NCBI GenBank assembly: GCA_040954595.2
Contig: CM082590.2
Coordinates: 1,054,001-1,118,000, forward strand
DNA: 64,000 nt
Direction: 5' to 3'
From: Balanoglossus misakiensis
Taxonomy: Eukaryota; Animalia; Hemichordata
Position numbers and translations under genes: made by a program
Part shown: positions 50,995 through 63,476 of the stretch, one piece after another
How the letters are laid out: each line of letters begins with the position of its first letter
Numbering within the stretch: position 1 is the first letter of the stretch
Notes under the pieces: generated by a model
The model's input: the letters and a program-made list of their open reading frames with translations, nothing else
Database searches by the model: none
Told to the model about the DNA's origin: nothing

Positions 50995-53900
50995 AGCCTG
51001 TGGAAGAGGGACATTTCACAGGCGGGAACCATTCCAGTCCCACACACACAGAAAAGACTGATTCATCTTCTGGCCAGCCGAGAGTTGTGGTAAACCAGTT
51101 TGTAGGACCACTGAACGAAACAGAAGTCGAGGTGAATGGCGTTACCTGTACAGCTCTGATAGACACTGGATCACAAGTGACTACAGTAACAGAGTCATTC
51201 TACACTACGCATGCTCACCTTGCCAGCCAGATACCTGAATCTACGGATGTGTCAATAGAAGGGGCTACCGGAAATGATGTTCCTCATCGTGGTGTCATCC
51301 GCATTAATTTGACTTTCCTCGGGAGAACATATACACAAGTACCAGCATTTGTCGTTCCCACCACAGAGTATCGTCAAAATGTGCCATTGCTAGTTGGAAC
51401 AAACGTTATTCGCACAAGCCAGAATGATCTGAGAGCCCTCCACGGTCATTGTTTTCACAGCAGGGTAAAAGAATCCTCTCATGCGTGGTATGCAGCTTAT
51501 AGGGAACTTGGAAAATCTGAACCAGGTGGAAAGTCGGGTAGAATTGGTCAAGCCAAATATTGTGGTCGCCGACCTATGGTCATAAAGCCAGGAGAGGAAG
51601 CTCACGTCCCATGTCGTGCACCCAGAATTCGAGCTGGAGTTCCATATACAGCGCTCATCGAAAGCCCACAGTCTAAACAGTTGCCAAATGGAATTGCCGT
51701 TGGTAAAGTTTTGAATGACGTGGAAGATGGCCGTACTCCAGTGAGAGTGTACAACTACTCGTCTAGACCAGTAACGATTTGGCCAAAAACCTATCTTGCT
51801 GAACTGCATGCTGTGATTAATGAAGAGGCTCTTGGATTTGATAGCCAACTGGAAGAAAAGAATAGTAATACACGATTTCCTGCAGTACCTGAAAGAGGAA
51901 GAAAGAGGAATAGGACAAGAGAGATACGCAGACGGGAACATGTGCCATGTAAATTTCAGCCCACGACACAGTGCCACAATACCAATATGAGTGAGAAGTA
52001 TGGTGGTTACTCTCTGCCAGATGTGACTTGTTCTGCAGTGGAGAATGATGAACAACTACAGCAGTTGAAATCACTACTTCAAAAGAACGCTGATGTATTC
52101 TCAAAGCATTCACTAGACTATGGACATACAACTACTATTAAACATGAAATCCCAATGATTGACAGTCAGCCTTTCCGTATACCTCCACGCAGAATCCCTC
52201 CCGCACAATACTCAGAGGTTAAGAAGCATATTGAAGACATGGCTGCTGCAGGCGTTATCAGACCAAGCAAAAGTCCATATTCAAGTCCAATTGTGGTGGT
52301 GAGAAAGAAGGACGGCTCTGCGAGAATTTGTATTGACTACAGACAATTGAACATGAGGTCTATCAGGGATGCCTACCCCTTACCCCGTATAGATGATGCC
52401 CTAGAAGCATTAGGTGGGGCCAAGTATTTTTCCACGTTGGATCTCACTGCTGGCTATTGGCAGGTTGAAGTACACGAAACAGATAAACCCAAGACAGCAT
52501 TCACCACTCCTATGGGATTGTACGAGGCAAATAGGATGCCGTTCGGATTACAGAACGCTCCAGCTACATTCCAGAGGCTGATGATGGCATGCCTTGGTGA
52601 TCAGCATTTCTCCACCATACTAATATATTTAGATGACATCATCATTTTTTCGCGTACATTTGAGGAGCACCTGGACAGAATGCAGCTTGTGTTTGACCGA
52701 TTACGCGAACATGGTCTCAAGTTAAAGCCACAGAAGTGTCATCTGTTGAAGGAGGAAGTGCACTACCTTGGTCATGTTGTGTCCGCTAATGGTATCAGTA
52801 CAGACCCCGAAAAGACGAAAGTGGTGGAGCAATGGCCGAAACCCAGTAATAGAAGGGATCTACTAAAGTACCTTGGATTTACAGGCTACTATAGACGGTT
52901 TATCAAGGATTACAGTAAAATTGCAGCACCGTTGTTTAAACTCACGTCTGGAGACCCACGTAGACGCCAGAAAGGAAAGGGACAAAAGAAAGATGTTCCA
53001 CCATTCATTTGGACAGAAGCATGTGAAGATGCCTTCAACTGTCTGAAATCGAAAATGCTGTCCGCACCAATCTTGGCTTACCCCGATTTTTCCAAACCAT
53101 TCACGTTGCAGATTGATGCATCATCTGAGGGATTGGGAGCAGTTCTGGCCCAGCGACAAGACAATAAAGACAGAGTTATTGCCTACTGTAGCCGTGGGTT
53201 ACGACCGCCAGAGACCAGATACCCAGCACACAAACAAGAATTCCTTTGTCTGAAGTGGGCAGTGACAGATAAGCTGAGGGAATACCTATACGGAAATCAG
53301 TTCACCGTGCTTACCGATAACAACCCCTTAGTATATGCAATGTCTACTGCAAAATTAGATGCAACTGGTCAGCGTTGGGTAGCGCAACTTGCTATGTTTG
53401 ATTTCGACATACGGTATCGTCCTGGCAGGAGTAATGCAAACGCAGATGCATTATCACGCATACCACAACAAGAAGTTGCAGAAACTTTGAAAGCAGTATG
53501 TCATGTATCAAAGTGTGTCCAAGATGCAGTTGGCAACAGTACCCGGGATATTTCATCATATGCAGATACCATACCAAGTTTGACTGTAAAGGAACTGAGA
53601 TTCCATCAACAAGAGGATTCCTCACTCAGTGATGTGATTCGAGCCAAAAGTTCATCCAGGAAACCAGGTAGGAGACAACTGAACGACATGTCTCCTGAAG
53701 CCAGACTATTACTACGTCAGTGGGACAGGTTGGCCCTTCAAGATGGAGTTCTCTATAGGAAAATTTCTCCCCCCAGCGGAACCGAAACATTGCAACTCGT
53801 TTTGCCACTCCAGTACCGGAAGGATGTTTTCCACAAACTTCACAGTGAGATGGGACATTTGGGATGCGACAAGACTCTGGATTTGATTCGCACACGGTTT

Positions 53901-55478
53901 TATTGGCCTAAGATGTATACACAAGTGAAAGTCTGGTGTGACCAATGTGAAAGATGCAACCTCAGGAAGTCTGATGTCAAGACTGTGCGCGCACCTTTGG
54001 TGAGTGTGACTACATCTGAACCCCTCGAATTAGTATGCATAGACTTTTTGACCTTGGAACCTTCAAAGGGAGGATTTGAAAATGTGCTCATTGTGACTGA
54101 CCATTTTTCAAGATACGCCCAAGCATATCCTACGAAAAACCAAAAAGCAGAAACGGTGGCCAAAGTTCTGTGGAAAAACTTCATGTGCCAGTATGGTTTC
54201 CCTCTCCGGTTACATTCCGACCAAGGAAGAAATTTTGAGAGTGCGCTGATAAAGGAACTGTGTCAGATCACAAACACTGTCAAATCACATACGACACCCT
54301 ATCATCCGGAAGGCAACGGTATGTCTGAAAGATTTAACAGAACACTGATGAATATGTTGGGAACGTTAGACCCGTCACAGAAACGTGATTGGAAGGAGCA
54401 TCTTGACGCCCTAACTCACGCATATAATTGTACACGGCATGAGTCTACAGGATATGCACCGTTCTATTTAATGTTCGGACGAAATCCTCGACTGCCGATC
54501 GATGTCATCTTTGGTACATCATCTGAGCCAAAGGAGAACTTGGGTTATGGTGAATACACCCATGCGCTTCGTGAAAGACTCCAGGACGCGTATCATCAAG
54601 CAAGTAACCAGGCAACTAAAGCTAGACAGAAACAGAAGGACCAGTATGACAGGAAGGCTACTGCTGAGACACTATCCGTAGGTGACCGGGTGCTGGTGAA
54701 ACTAAAGGAAGTTGGAAAACACAAGATCGGAGACCGATGGGAAAAGACCCCTTATCTAGTAACAGAAAAAAGACCAGATCTGCTAGTCTATGTTGTCAAA
54801 CCTGAGTCAGGAGGGGGACAACGAGTGTTGCATCGCAATATGTTGAAGTTGTGTTCATTCCTCCCCATCGATGGTGAGAAGTCTACAGAGACAGCTATCA
54901 GCAGCAGCAGCAGTCCAGCTATCAAGTCGAGTATGACAGATGAAACAGAAATTAGTGACTATGAAGATGGAGACTGTGTGGAGTTCACCATCGTTCCAGG
55001 GGATGCGATTATAGCGAAATACCCTGCTGCAGACCAGAGGAGATGTTCACCCCTGTCACATACATCAAAACCCGAAGATAAGTCTGCCCATCGAGCGGTT
55101 GAATCACCGTGTGCACCGCCTACGATTCCCCGATCGTCCACAACCCAAGAAAATGCAGAGGATGCCGTGTTGTCACCAGACGTTGTGTTGTCACCCCAGC
55201 AACCGAGTCCCGACGTGTCAGCAGATAGCACCCATACTATGCACACTTCCAATACACGATGCACAACAAAAGATCCCACAGTGCAAACACAGTCACCGTC
55301 TACAGATTGTGATACACATTCAGATTCTGTCATGTTAGACAGTTCACATACAAAAAATATTAGTTCTGAAGAAATAGCTGAGCCCCGTATTCGTAGATAT
55401 CCCTTGAGAAATCGGAAACCGCCACAGAGATATGGGTTTATCATGTCATTGTTGAGTGGAACTGCCACAGCAGTTTAA
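50895..55478 (+). CDS. pol: Pol (PR-RT-RNaseH-INT), in the -1 frame overlapping the gag end
   Basis: ALIDTGS; LDLTAGYWQ, MPFGL, YLDD; IDASS..GLGAVL; H..MGHLG..C..C; IDF, HSDQGRNFES, GMSERFNRTL. No internal stops over 1527 codons. Confidence 0.97.
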   Translation: MSPLRTAWTSSKRLPVQTTFETIYPGRQAVKRLKPVEEGHFTGGNHSSPTHTEKTDSSSGQPRVVVNQFVGPLNETEVEVNGVTCTALIDTGSQVTTVTESFYTTHAHLASQIPESTDVSIEGATGNDVPHRGVIRINLTFLGRTYTQVPAFVVPTTEYRQNVPLLVGTNVIRTSQNDLRALHGHCFHSRVKESSHAWYAAYRELGKSEPGGKSGRIGQAKYCGRRPMVIKPGEEAHVPCRAPRIRAGVPYTALIESPQSKQLPNGIAVGKVLNDVEDGRTPVRVYNYSSRPVTIWPKTYLAELHAVINEEALGFDSQLEEKNSNTRFPAVPERGRKRNRTREIRRREHVPCKFQPTTQCHNTNMSEKYGGYSLPDVTCSAVENDEQLQQLKSLLQKNADVFSKHSLDYGHTTTIKHEIPMIDSQPFRIPPRRIPPAQYSEVKKHIEDMAAAGVIRPSKSPYSSPIVVVRKKDGSARICIDYRQLNMRSIRDAYPLPRIDDALEALGGAKYFSTLDLTAGYWQVEVHETDKPKTAFTTPMGLYEANRMPFGLQNAPATFQRLMMACLGDQHFSTILIYLDDIIIFSRTFEEHLDRMQLVFDRLREHGLKLKPQKCHLLKEEVHYLGHVVSANGISTDPEKTKVVEQWPKPSNRRDLLKYLGFTGYYRRFIKDYSKIAAPLFKLTSGDPRRRQKGKGQKKDVPPFIWTEACEDAFNCLKSKMLSAPILAYPDFSKPFTLQIDASSEGLGAVLAQRQDNKDRVIAYCSRGLRPPETRYPAHKQEFLCLKWAVTDKLREYLYGNQFTVLTDNNPLVYAMSTAKLDATGQRWVAQLAMFDFDIRYRPGRSNANADALSRIPQQEVAETLKAVCHVSKCVQDAVGNSTRDISSYADTIPSLTVKELRFHQQEDSSLSDVIRAKSSSRKPGRRQLNDMSPEARLLLRQWDRLALQDGVLYRKISPPSGTETLQLVLPLQYRKDVFHKLHSEMGHLGCDKTLDLIRTRFYWPKMYTQVKVWCDQCERCNLRKSDVKTVRAPLVSVTTSEPLELVCIDFLTLEPSKGGFENVLIVTDHFSRYAQAYPTKNQKAETVAKVLWKNFMCQYGFPLRLHSDQGRNFESALIKELCQITNTVKSHTTPYHPEGNGMSERFNRTLMNMLGTLDPSQKRDWKEHLDALTHAYNCTRHESTGYAPFYLMFGRNPRLPIDVIFGTSSEPKENLGYGEYTHALRERLQDAYHQASNQATKARQKQKDQYDRKATAETLSVGDRVLVKLKEVGKHKIGDRWEKTPYLVTEKRPDLLVYVVKPESGGGQRVLHRNMLKLCSFLPIDGEKSTETAISSSSSPAIKSSMTDETEISDYEDGDCVEFTIVPGDAIIAKYPAADQRRCSPLSHTSKPEDKSAHRAVESPCAPPTIPRSSTTQENAEDAVLSPDVVLSPQQPSPDVSADSTHTMHTSNTRCTTKDPTVQTQSPSTDCDTHSDSVMLDSSHTKNISSEEIAEPRIRRYPLRNRKPPQRYGFIMSLLSGTATAV

Positions 55479-57654
55479 CAGTATACTTTAATTTTTTCCC
55501 CCAGTTTAACAACTTTCGGACAATAATTATCAACGATTGTAAATGACGTGGCCGTCATTTGTCAAACCAGGGGGGTATGTGACCCGGTTTTTTTGTGATT
55601 TTCCAATATAAATACAAAGATAATGCTTAGTTTCTGATAGTTCATTGACGGTGGTGTTCACCCAATGACTGTCCAGTATTTGCATAATACTATACGTATT
55701 TGCATGCGAACTTTGGCCAGGTGGACGGCGCCCTCAAGGGGCAAAGAGACACAACCGGTCTCTTTGCTGACTTGGCCAATGCGAGCAGGTTGGTAATATT
55801 TTTCTCTCCCTTTTAAATCGCCCATGCAAGCGTTAAATCATTGCCATCCACCCCTATAATTGAAATATAATGATGTGTTAGTGTTTAAAGAACCATCATC
55901 TGTAATATTTTGAGAGAATGTTCAGTGATTTTTGCTGCAAATGTGTGAATATTGGACTCGGAAAGCACTTTATGCGCCGCAGTATTTTCTGTTAAGTTTC
56001 CTCTGTATATTTTCTTTGGTTTTGTGAGTATTGTAATTCTTTTCTCTCTTTTTGCTGACTTGGCCAATGCGAGCAGCCAAGTACAGATGGAGCCGCTGAC
56101 CAAAGAAATAAACGTCATGAACGTACATTAATGTGTGTCGGGTCAGTGTATAGCTGTGTCCCCTTAGCGGATGGGTTTGAACTTACACAACGCAATGCCC
56201 TAACGACAACACCATTACCAAGCCTATACCAGGGGTCACATTAGTACTTGGTGCATTGTCCATGAATACCATGATTTTGGTAATCCAAGAAGTATCAAGT
56301 TTGTCGATAGTATAGATAGTGTGTGGCTGCTATTCTTTGGTCCAAATCTCTCATCAAAGATGTATGTGCAGGCCTTGGCAGTATCATGCTGGATGACAGC
56401 AGCTTCATCTATGCATAGTTTCATTTTATAGTATGACATGGCTGGTTGCGGGGTTAGATGCCACTGTGGAACTGTGATCAGCATTTTGTAGTCAAAGCTG
56501 AAGCAGGCAACATACTCTGCTTTCATCTCTATCATCTGAATTTCTTCATCAATAGTTCTGTATTTCGTTTCGAGTTCTCTGATTTTCTGTTGATGAGCAT
56601 ATGCATTCTGACAAGATGCTTTGTAAAAGTGCTGGGCTGCCGATGCTTCTTTCTTATGTTCTACTAGATGCTTCTTTAGACTGTCAACTATTCGTTTAAG
56701 TCTATTAAATTCATTATTTTCAGGACAACCAGACTGTTCCATTCTTTGCATCCAAGTGGATTTTGCCATGATTTCTTTGCTGACCTCTTTACATGTGTTG
56801 CAGTAGTCTGATTTGTGTGGTTGAATTGAATGATGTGGCCTGTACTGTGATAACCATCCCTCTGCTGCTCTGCTACTGATTGTCTCTTGTCCTAACTGTT
56901 GTTGATTTCTGTTGAAAACACCCACCACAGATTGTCGCAGTTTAGTGTCATAATTATGTTCAGACACTTTGGGAACAGACACACAAGTAAATACTGGTAG
57001 GAAATAATACAAGGCTCCACCACTGGCATTTTCTTCTGAGCGTCCTGTTGAGTAAACATTGGCATCAACAAATTCAAGGAATTGTTCCTTTGTTCCACTT
57101 TTCTGATTGTTGGAGACTCTCCCCTCCAGACCATGGCGAGCAGCAAATTGTCTCACTTCGACTTCGTCGTCACTGGAAAGGCCAGTCCACCAGTCATCCC
57201 AATTAAGTGAGTTGTCTGGAATGAGGACATATTTTTCTAGTTTCTCACTTATCACATGCCTTTTGGTTAGGAGGACCACCGGATTGAGAAATTCTTGGCG
57301 TTTAATGTCTCTCTGACTGGTTTTTTGATTACAATGAGTCGATTCAACGATTAAACAACACTATGAAGTACGACGTGTTGATCATAAAAATAGATTACTT
57401 ACCATTTAACTCATGGTCATGTTTTGTCAAGTCATGTGTTAGATCGTGACGGAGTGTGTAACTGAAATGAGAAACTCCCTTGAAATAGGTACCAACTCGA
57501 TCGGGTGAATCATTATCTTCTGGTTCGTAGTCTGGATCCTGACTAGAAGTCTGCGATGATTCCAGAGCAGCTGACGGTTGAAGCTTGTCCATCCCTGCAC
57601 ATTCAGCGAACGAACATGTACACTGATCAACGCCATGCTGAGGTCATGAGTTAA

Positions 57655-58390
57655 GGTGGCATTGCATGAAAACTTGTGATTTTTGCCAAATTTTACTTTT
57701 TTACATAAATCGGTAGGCCTAATACTGACCCACATCCTGACTAATACGTCTTGGCGGAAATGGTGCATAATCACCCCAAAATAGCACTTTTCTGAATGAG
57801 TTCACAGCTTAACAAATAGGTGTCAACAATGCAAATGGCCGTTTTTCTCAGTTTGCATTTTCGCTGCTCTTGACAACTTCAGACAAAAATAGCTTCGCGC
57901 TGCGTTGGCCGAATTTGCTCAAATTTTAACTGGGGATTGTGTATGACCCATCCAACAAAACGGTATTTTTGTTAGTCGATAAAGTGTCCCTGGCGGGAAT
58001 AAACTCTGATTCAATACAACTCACCATGAATTTGATCAAATTTTACTAAAAACCTAACTTTCAAACGCTGTTACTCCTCAATGGAAGCAGATAATGCAAA
58101 ACAAAATTACCGTTTTTTTTGCACGTGTACTCTAGTTTCGAATGACATATTAAGATGCATGATGCATGGTCAACTTTTTTACCTATTTTAAATTTAATGA
58201 CATAATATCAAAAAATGTTTTTTTTTCACCCAAAATCGCCACCATTTCCGGGGATCAATAATATTTGCAACTCAAACAAAAGTTCAAAAACTCAGCTTCC
58301 AGAATATATCTGGTTTATGGGGGTTTTAACGTTGTCTTTGATGAGAAATAGGCCTCTAAAAAAGTCTCAACGGTTTCATGCAATGCCACC
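57655..58390. mobile_element. Kolobok-like non-autonomous element with TTAA TSD
   Basis: TTAA|GGTGGCATTGCATGAAA ... TTTCATGCAATGCCACC|TTAA (perfect 17-bp TIR). Confidence 0.9.
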
Positions 58391-61300
58391 TTAATTGGGT
58401 CATTAATTGACCCCAAGTAAACAAGCAAAGGTCAAATAGTTTTATGTCGTGGCAGTTAAAATGATTGAAAAAACACATCACAGACCCACTTTATTGCAGT
58501 TTCTGATACTCATTTATTTCCAAATATAATTAGAAGACCTGTTTTTCATTCAACATTATTGATTTGTGTCTCCTGCGGATAAATGTTCCCGCCAATTCTT
58601 TCTAATTATAGTCACGGTCACTCCACAGTACAGTTGATCTCACACTGCAAACTTTTGACCAAAATGCATTGAACTTACTAATACTTGTCAGAAAATATCA
58701 GCGAACAACATTAATAAGTAAGATGCTTTGTTACAAAACTTAGAAGTAATCAAAAAAAAAAAAAAAAATCACCAGTGTGTCTTGGGTAGAATATGTGTAC
58801 GTGGCGCTTAAATTGAAACTCAACATTCTTTTTCAGTGTACACGGATTTTCACTTGTTTTTCTTTTAAAATTTCTTTAAAAATCAATCAGAAAATAACTA
58901 AAATCACTCTGAAATTAGAGTTTATATACGTACCTATCCTGTGAACGAAGTTTGGCCTTCAGTCGGGTACAATCAGGCGGGCGATCAGGCTGGCTGATTT
59001 TCTGTTACTACGAATGACGATGCGCGTATGTTCTCAGTGCACCCTTTACGTTTTAGCGTATTTGCATAACAATACAGTTATGATTTGCATCTGATTTCTA
59101 CTTGCGTGCACTCCCTTATATCACATCCTACATATTGCGACATACACGTTTATGATTGGTTACTAACTACTCTACATAATTGATTCACAGATAAAAGCAA
59201 TTGTGGGAATTTCAAACTGGTCCAGGGTTCTCGTTCTCCTCGCGCTGAAGCATGTTTAAGACCTCTTTCTGGTAAGCATGACTTTATGTATATTACCTTT
59301 TATAGGGCATTATAGCTAAACTGATAAAACAAAAGGAAAATGCTCTGTGTCTACAACTATTTAATATTCCAGCTATCAATACTCGTTTCTTTCCTTCAAA
59401 TACTGTATGCTTTGTCTTTGATTTGCTGTAATATGATTGTGATGACGTGAATTAACTGGACATAAATTCAGTTTGGACACATTTAGATTTTGGCAGAATT
59501 ACCCATAGCTATAATTGTATATAGGCACCTTGAATTAAATTGTTTGTGTTCCATTGGTGGGAACAGTTTGGGTACAGTGTTGTCATTGAGTGTGTGTGCA
59601 TGTTTGTTGTTTACACATACATATCATTTTTCACCTGATTGCCATGTTAGATGTAGTTTCAAAATCGCCTTTTCACAGATTTCCCTGATAAGTATTCCAC
59701 TGTTGTGAGTTGTCACAAAACAGCCTGACTCTACATTATACCATGTTTTGCATATTTTGACTATTTAGTATGAAATCATGCAAAACCAATGTTATATTTG
59801 GTTACTAATTAATATGCATGTATTCGATTCACAGGTGGTGTCTTAAATGGTCAACATTAGGCTGTGGAGGAGGGGGAGAAAACCCTGGACGCATGATGAA
59901 GAACCTTGCTTGCTGGCCCCATCAAATACAGCTTTCTGGTAAGCATGACATTACATGATACTATATACATGCTCCATAGCTAGTTTTATGCTACCCATTC
60001 CCGTCAAATAGTGATTTCACCCTTTCAAAATTATTGGGTGGCATGCCACCACTGGTAATCATGGACACCTGTAATAATCTCCACTTGGTAACCGTTATGT
60101 AGTGCTATCCTCCATGATCAAGAAGTGGATTACTTATAACTATTTGAATAGGGGATCTTCTTGTATTTACAGTATAGGGGAAGTAATTCACAAATGTTTG
60201 TATTTATATATATTGTTTATTAATGAATGTTATGAAAAAATAAAGATAATCAAGGTGGTTCAATGCTACTTTTTCACTTAAGGGAAAAATATGCCAAATC
60301 AGTATACATGTACCTTATGATGATTTCGGAGTCCTGTATTTTTTCAGCTTATATCATGAATTATCTATTTGTTATGCTTCTTTGGTCTGCTCCACATTTA
60401 AATAATTGATGAAAGTGATGGCCGATTTCTTTAAAATTTACCATGAAGCTTCCTATGGGTAAAATAAATTGGTTTTGTTTAAATTGTTCCAAAGTTTGCC
60501 TACTTGTAACTTTGGGCAATTTTTACCATTTTTTGGTTGCAAATCGTTTTCTTAAAAAACCACTTGTCGGATTGCTTTCAAATTTGGTTGGAACGTTCCC
60601 AGGGGTTACCCAAGTAAGATGTTGTAAAATATTAGTGAAATGTTTATATTTGTGTCCTTGGGGGCAATTTTTGCAATTTTACATAAAAAACTACTTGTCC
60701 AGTGATTAAGTTGTACTTAGGTTGTGATTGTTGATAAAACTTTTTTACAATAAAAATCTACTGAGAAAAAACATTAAGGTTTACTATCTTAAATAGTTTT
60801 GGCTGAAACTACTTTCATCAAAAATGCAGAAACGTTCAAAGCATAATAATCTGTTGCTGTAAGTCGCAATCTCTCCTCTCACCTACAGTGGGAGGATAAT
60901 AAGACAACATCAATAGTTCACTAAACTGTGATAATAGGAGTGATAAAACTGGTTTCAATTTAGAAGGTAATGCTTGGGCCAGGAACAGAGATGAGTAAAA
61001 CTGACATTAATGAAACACATCCCATCCATCCATCCATACATTCATCAACAGCGATTTCTTAGTGCTTTTTGAACAACTTGGCCTAAGTGTAGTATAGTTC
61101 CTAAATGTAAGCCACTTGCTTTCACAAAACAATCCAATTTCGCCACCAATGAGTGGCAAGAATTTCCCTTTTTTATATTTTGAGCTGAATCTGAAACCAA
61201 AATTACCATCAAATCATCTGATGTGAGGTTAGCGCTTTAATGTTGATATTTAATATTTGTAATTAGCCAAAGTTATGAGTGCACCCGTCACCCAGCAAAT

Positions 61301-62549
61301 TTGATAAAATGCTTCTCATAGGTATAGGTATTGAACTCCTTTCAGAAATAGGTATGAACATTTTGAAAATATTTTCACTGGCACATTTCAGACTGATTTC
61401 TGAATTACAGAGAAATGAAGACTTTCTCATTCTTCTGTAATGAAGACATTTGCAGACACAAGAAATAGTCTGAACATAATCAGTATATTACAGATAAAGT
61501 GAAGGTACCAAAAACTTAGTGACTATTGTTTGCAAAAATTGTCCCAAGTAGCTTTGAGTGGCAAAGTGTGATGATTTAGAATGGAAAAAGACAATACCAA
61601 TTTCTAGCTCTATCAGCATCGCAAAGGTTATCAGATAGGGTGATTGGCAATTGTCTGTTTCTGTCAACACTTCTAAAATTTTGTTGAAATTTGCATATGT
61701 ATAGTTTGTAACAAATTTTTGCTGTTTTGGGAAGGAAAAAAGGCTTGTCAGATTACTTTGAATTGGCAGGTTCCTGGGGATGACACAAGTTGTTTCTTCA
61801 AAATGTAGTGAAATTTGCATATTTTAGGGGAAATTTTTCTGAAAATGTTTAGCCTATTTCTCTGAAATTTAGTATGCATCTCCATGAGATTTGTGATATA
61901 CTCTGCAACTTTGTATTTGGGGGCAGTTGCCTTTTGTATAAAAAAAATCTTATCAGAATATGCATGTCTGATTGCCATGTCCATATGGGTGATCTCATTT
62001 TGTTTACATCATGACAGAATCTGTACAGTTTTAATCATGATCTTTAAAATAGGTATGTCTTATTGTTTTGATCTATGGTGAGAATGGTCCCTCGGTGATC
62101 TTAGTCAACTTTATTGAAATTGTGCTGAATTTTGCATTATTTTATGTCAGAGTTTGAAGAGTAGTCATCTTCCCTGAAACCACTTGATCTAATTTAAATG
62201 TCAAATAGTGGAAGTACAATTTGCGTATTTGTTGAATTGGGGATATTGTTGCAGTTTTTGAAATTCAAGATGGCTGCCAACCTCTGTGTTAACTCTATGG
62301 AAAAAACAGTTATGTAAATAATTTTCTAAAAACAAGGCGGTGAACAACACATTTTCTTTGTTTTCAAACAGTAATTGATATAGCTATCATTGTTTCTGAA
62401 AATCTAAACTTGTAGGAATACCTTTTCAATCTCCAGCATCAGTCTTATTTCTTAGTATTGACACAAGTTGTTTAAAAGATGTGCAGCTTTTGACTTCTCA
62501 CAGGCTTACACTTTGTTATTAATATGCATCTCTATTGGTATTGTTTTGT

Positions 62550-63476
62550 TATTTAGGCGCTTGGGCCCCTAATTGTAATTGATGGAGTTTTTCCATGAAT
62601 TTTTGCTCGTCTAACTCTCAAACACGGTCACACCTACGCTTTTCAAATTTGTCATAGCTGTCCAGGCCAATGAGTAGACAACTTGAATGTGTAATTAGTC
62701 ATGTGACCTGACATCCATATTCAGTTGAAATTTTAAAATTGACTTAATTAACATATGAATCATAACATTTTAGGGCTTTTCTCAAGCTTGGTAGACCATA
62801 AAGCCAGGATCCTATATGCCAAAATTCAAGGTCCTGGGGTCCGGCCATGTCGATTTTAAGAAGATTTTCAAAGCATTGTTTTCCATATTTTTTCCATGGA
62901 CCCAAGCCATAGACCTTTACATCTACCGTTAAGCTATGGCCACATTTTATTCTGCAATTCTGGTCTATACAATGGTCCTGAACAGCTAGTGTCTCTGGCC
63001 AGTGAGCAGCATAGGACCAAAATAAAAATCCAATTCTTGGGGTCCCCTGAGACCCCTGCATATCTCATGAAATGTTTGCATATCTAATGTTGGGTTAACC
63101 GAAAGTGCTAGAAGTCTGGTTTTATTGGACATGGACCAGTATGGGATCAAACATTTTGCCCAAATTTTAATTGACCTAGGATACCCTTTGAACTAGTTTC
63201 AAATATCTCAGCAGATAGAGCAGATTTACCTTATTATGTGCTTAACTAACTCCAGACTAACCAATGGTGTTAGAGGTCTTGAAGTCTTGTTTGTGTTGGA
63301 CTTGAACCAGTAGGGGATAAAAATTTTGTGACATAATTTCCGGTGTCTTTGGATGAACGATGACATTCTGCATATTTTAGCATCCTCAACAGATACAGCC
63401 ATAGCATCCAGAACAGTGGATTTGTCATGTCTATCACTATTTGCATGGGCCCAGTCAATGCTGCTTATAGCTTTAA
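62550..63476 (+). mobile_element. HINE-like element related to 12183-14264
   Basis: GGCGCTTGGGCCCCT..TTG.TGGAGTTTTT near the start, shared CCAAAATTCAAGGTCCT block, and end GCATGGGCCC..TCAATGCTGCTTATAGCTTTAA. Confidence 0.55.

Larger units (their letters stand above)
48454..56240 (+). mobile_element. Full-length intact Gypsy LTR retrotransposon
   Basis: LTRs 48454-49115 and 55578-56240 have TG..CA ends, and I see only a 1-T indel between them. TTAG TSD at 48450-48453 and 56241-56244. PBS present, PPT AGGGGGG at ~55569-55575, gag and pol open. Confidence 0.97.
46951..57592 (-). pseudogene. Spliced Sola-like DDE transposase interrupted by Gypsy
   Basis: ORF 57279-56245 has KSDYCNTC, HKKEA..Y and FSFDY...P...QP..SYYKMKL. 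A frameshifted VFMDNAPST joins NKNTWLVCWIKEMV across the Gypsy. Further exons: 48116-47954 (FLNAGHSKSMPDWVF), ~47558-47340 (DWRKFL), ~47206-46951 (KLKQLTEMYDRFIP). Confidence 0.78.
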
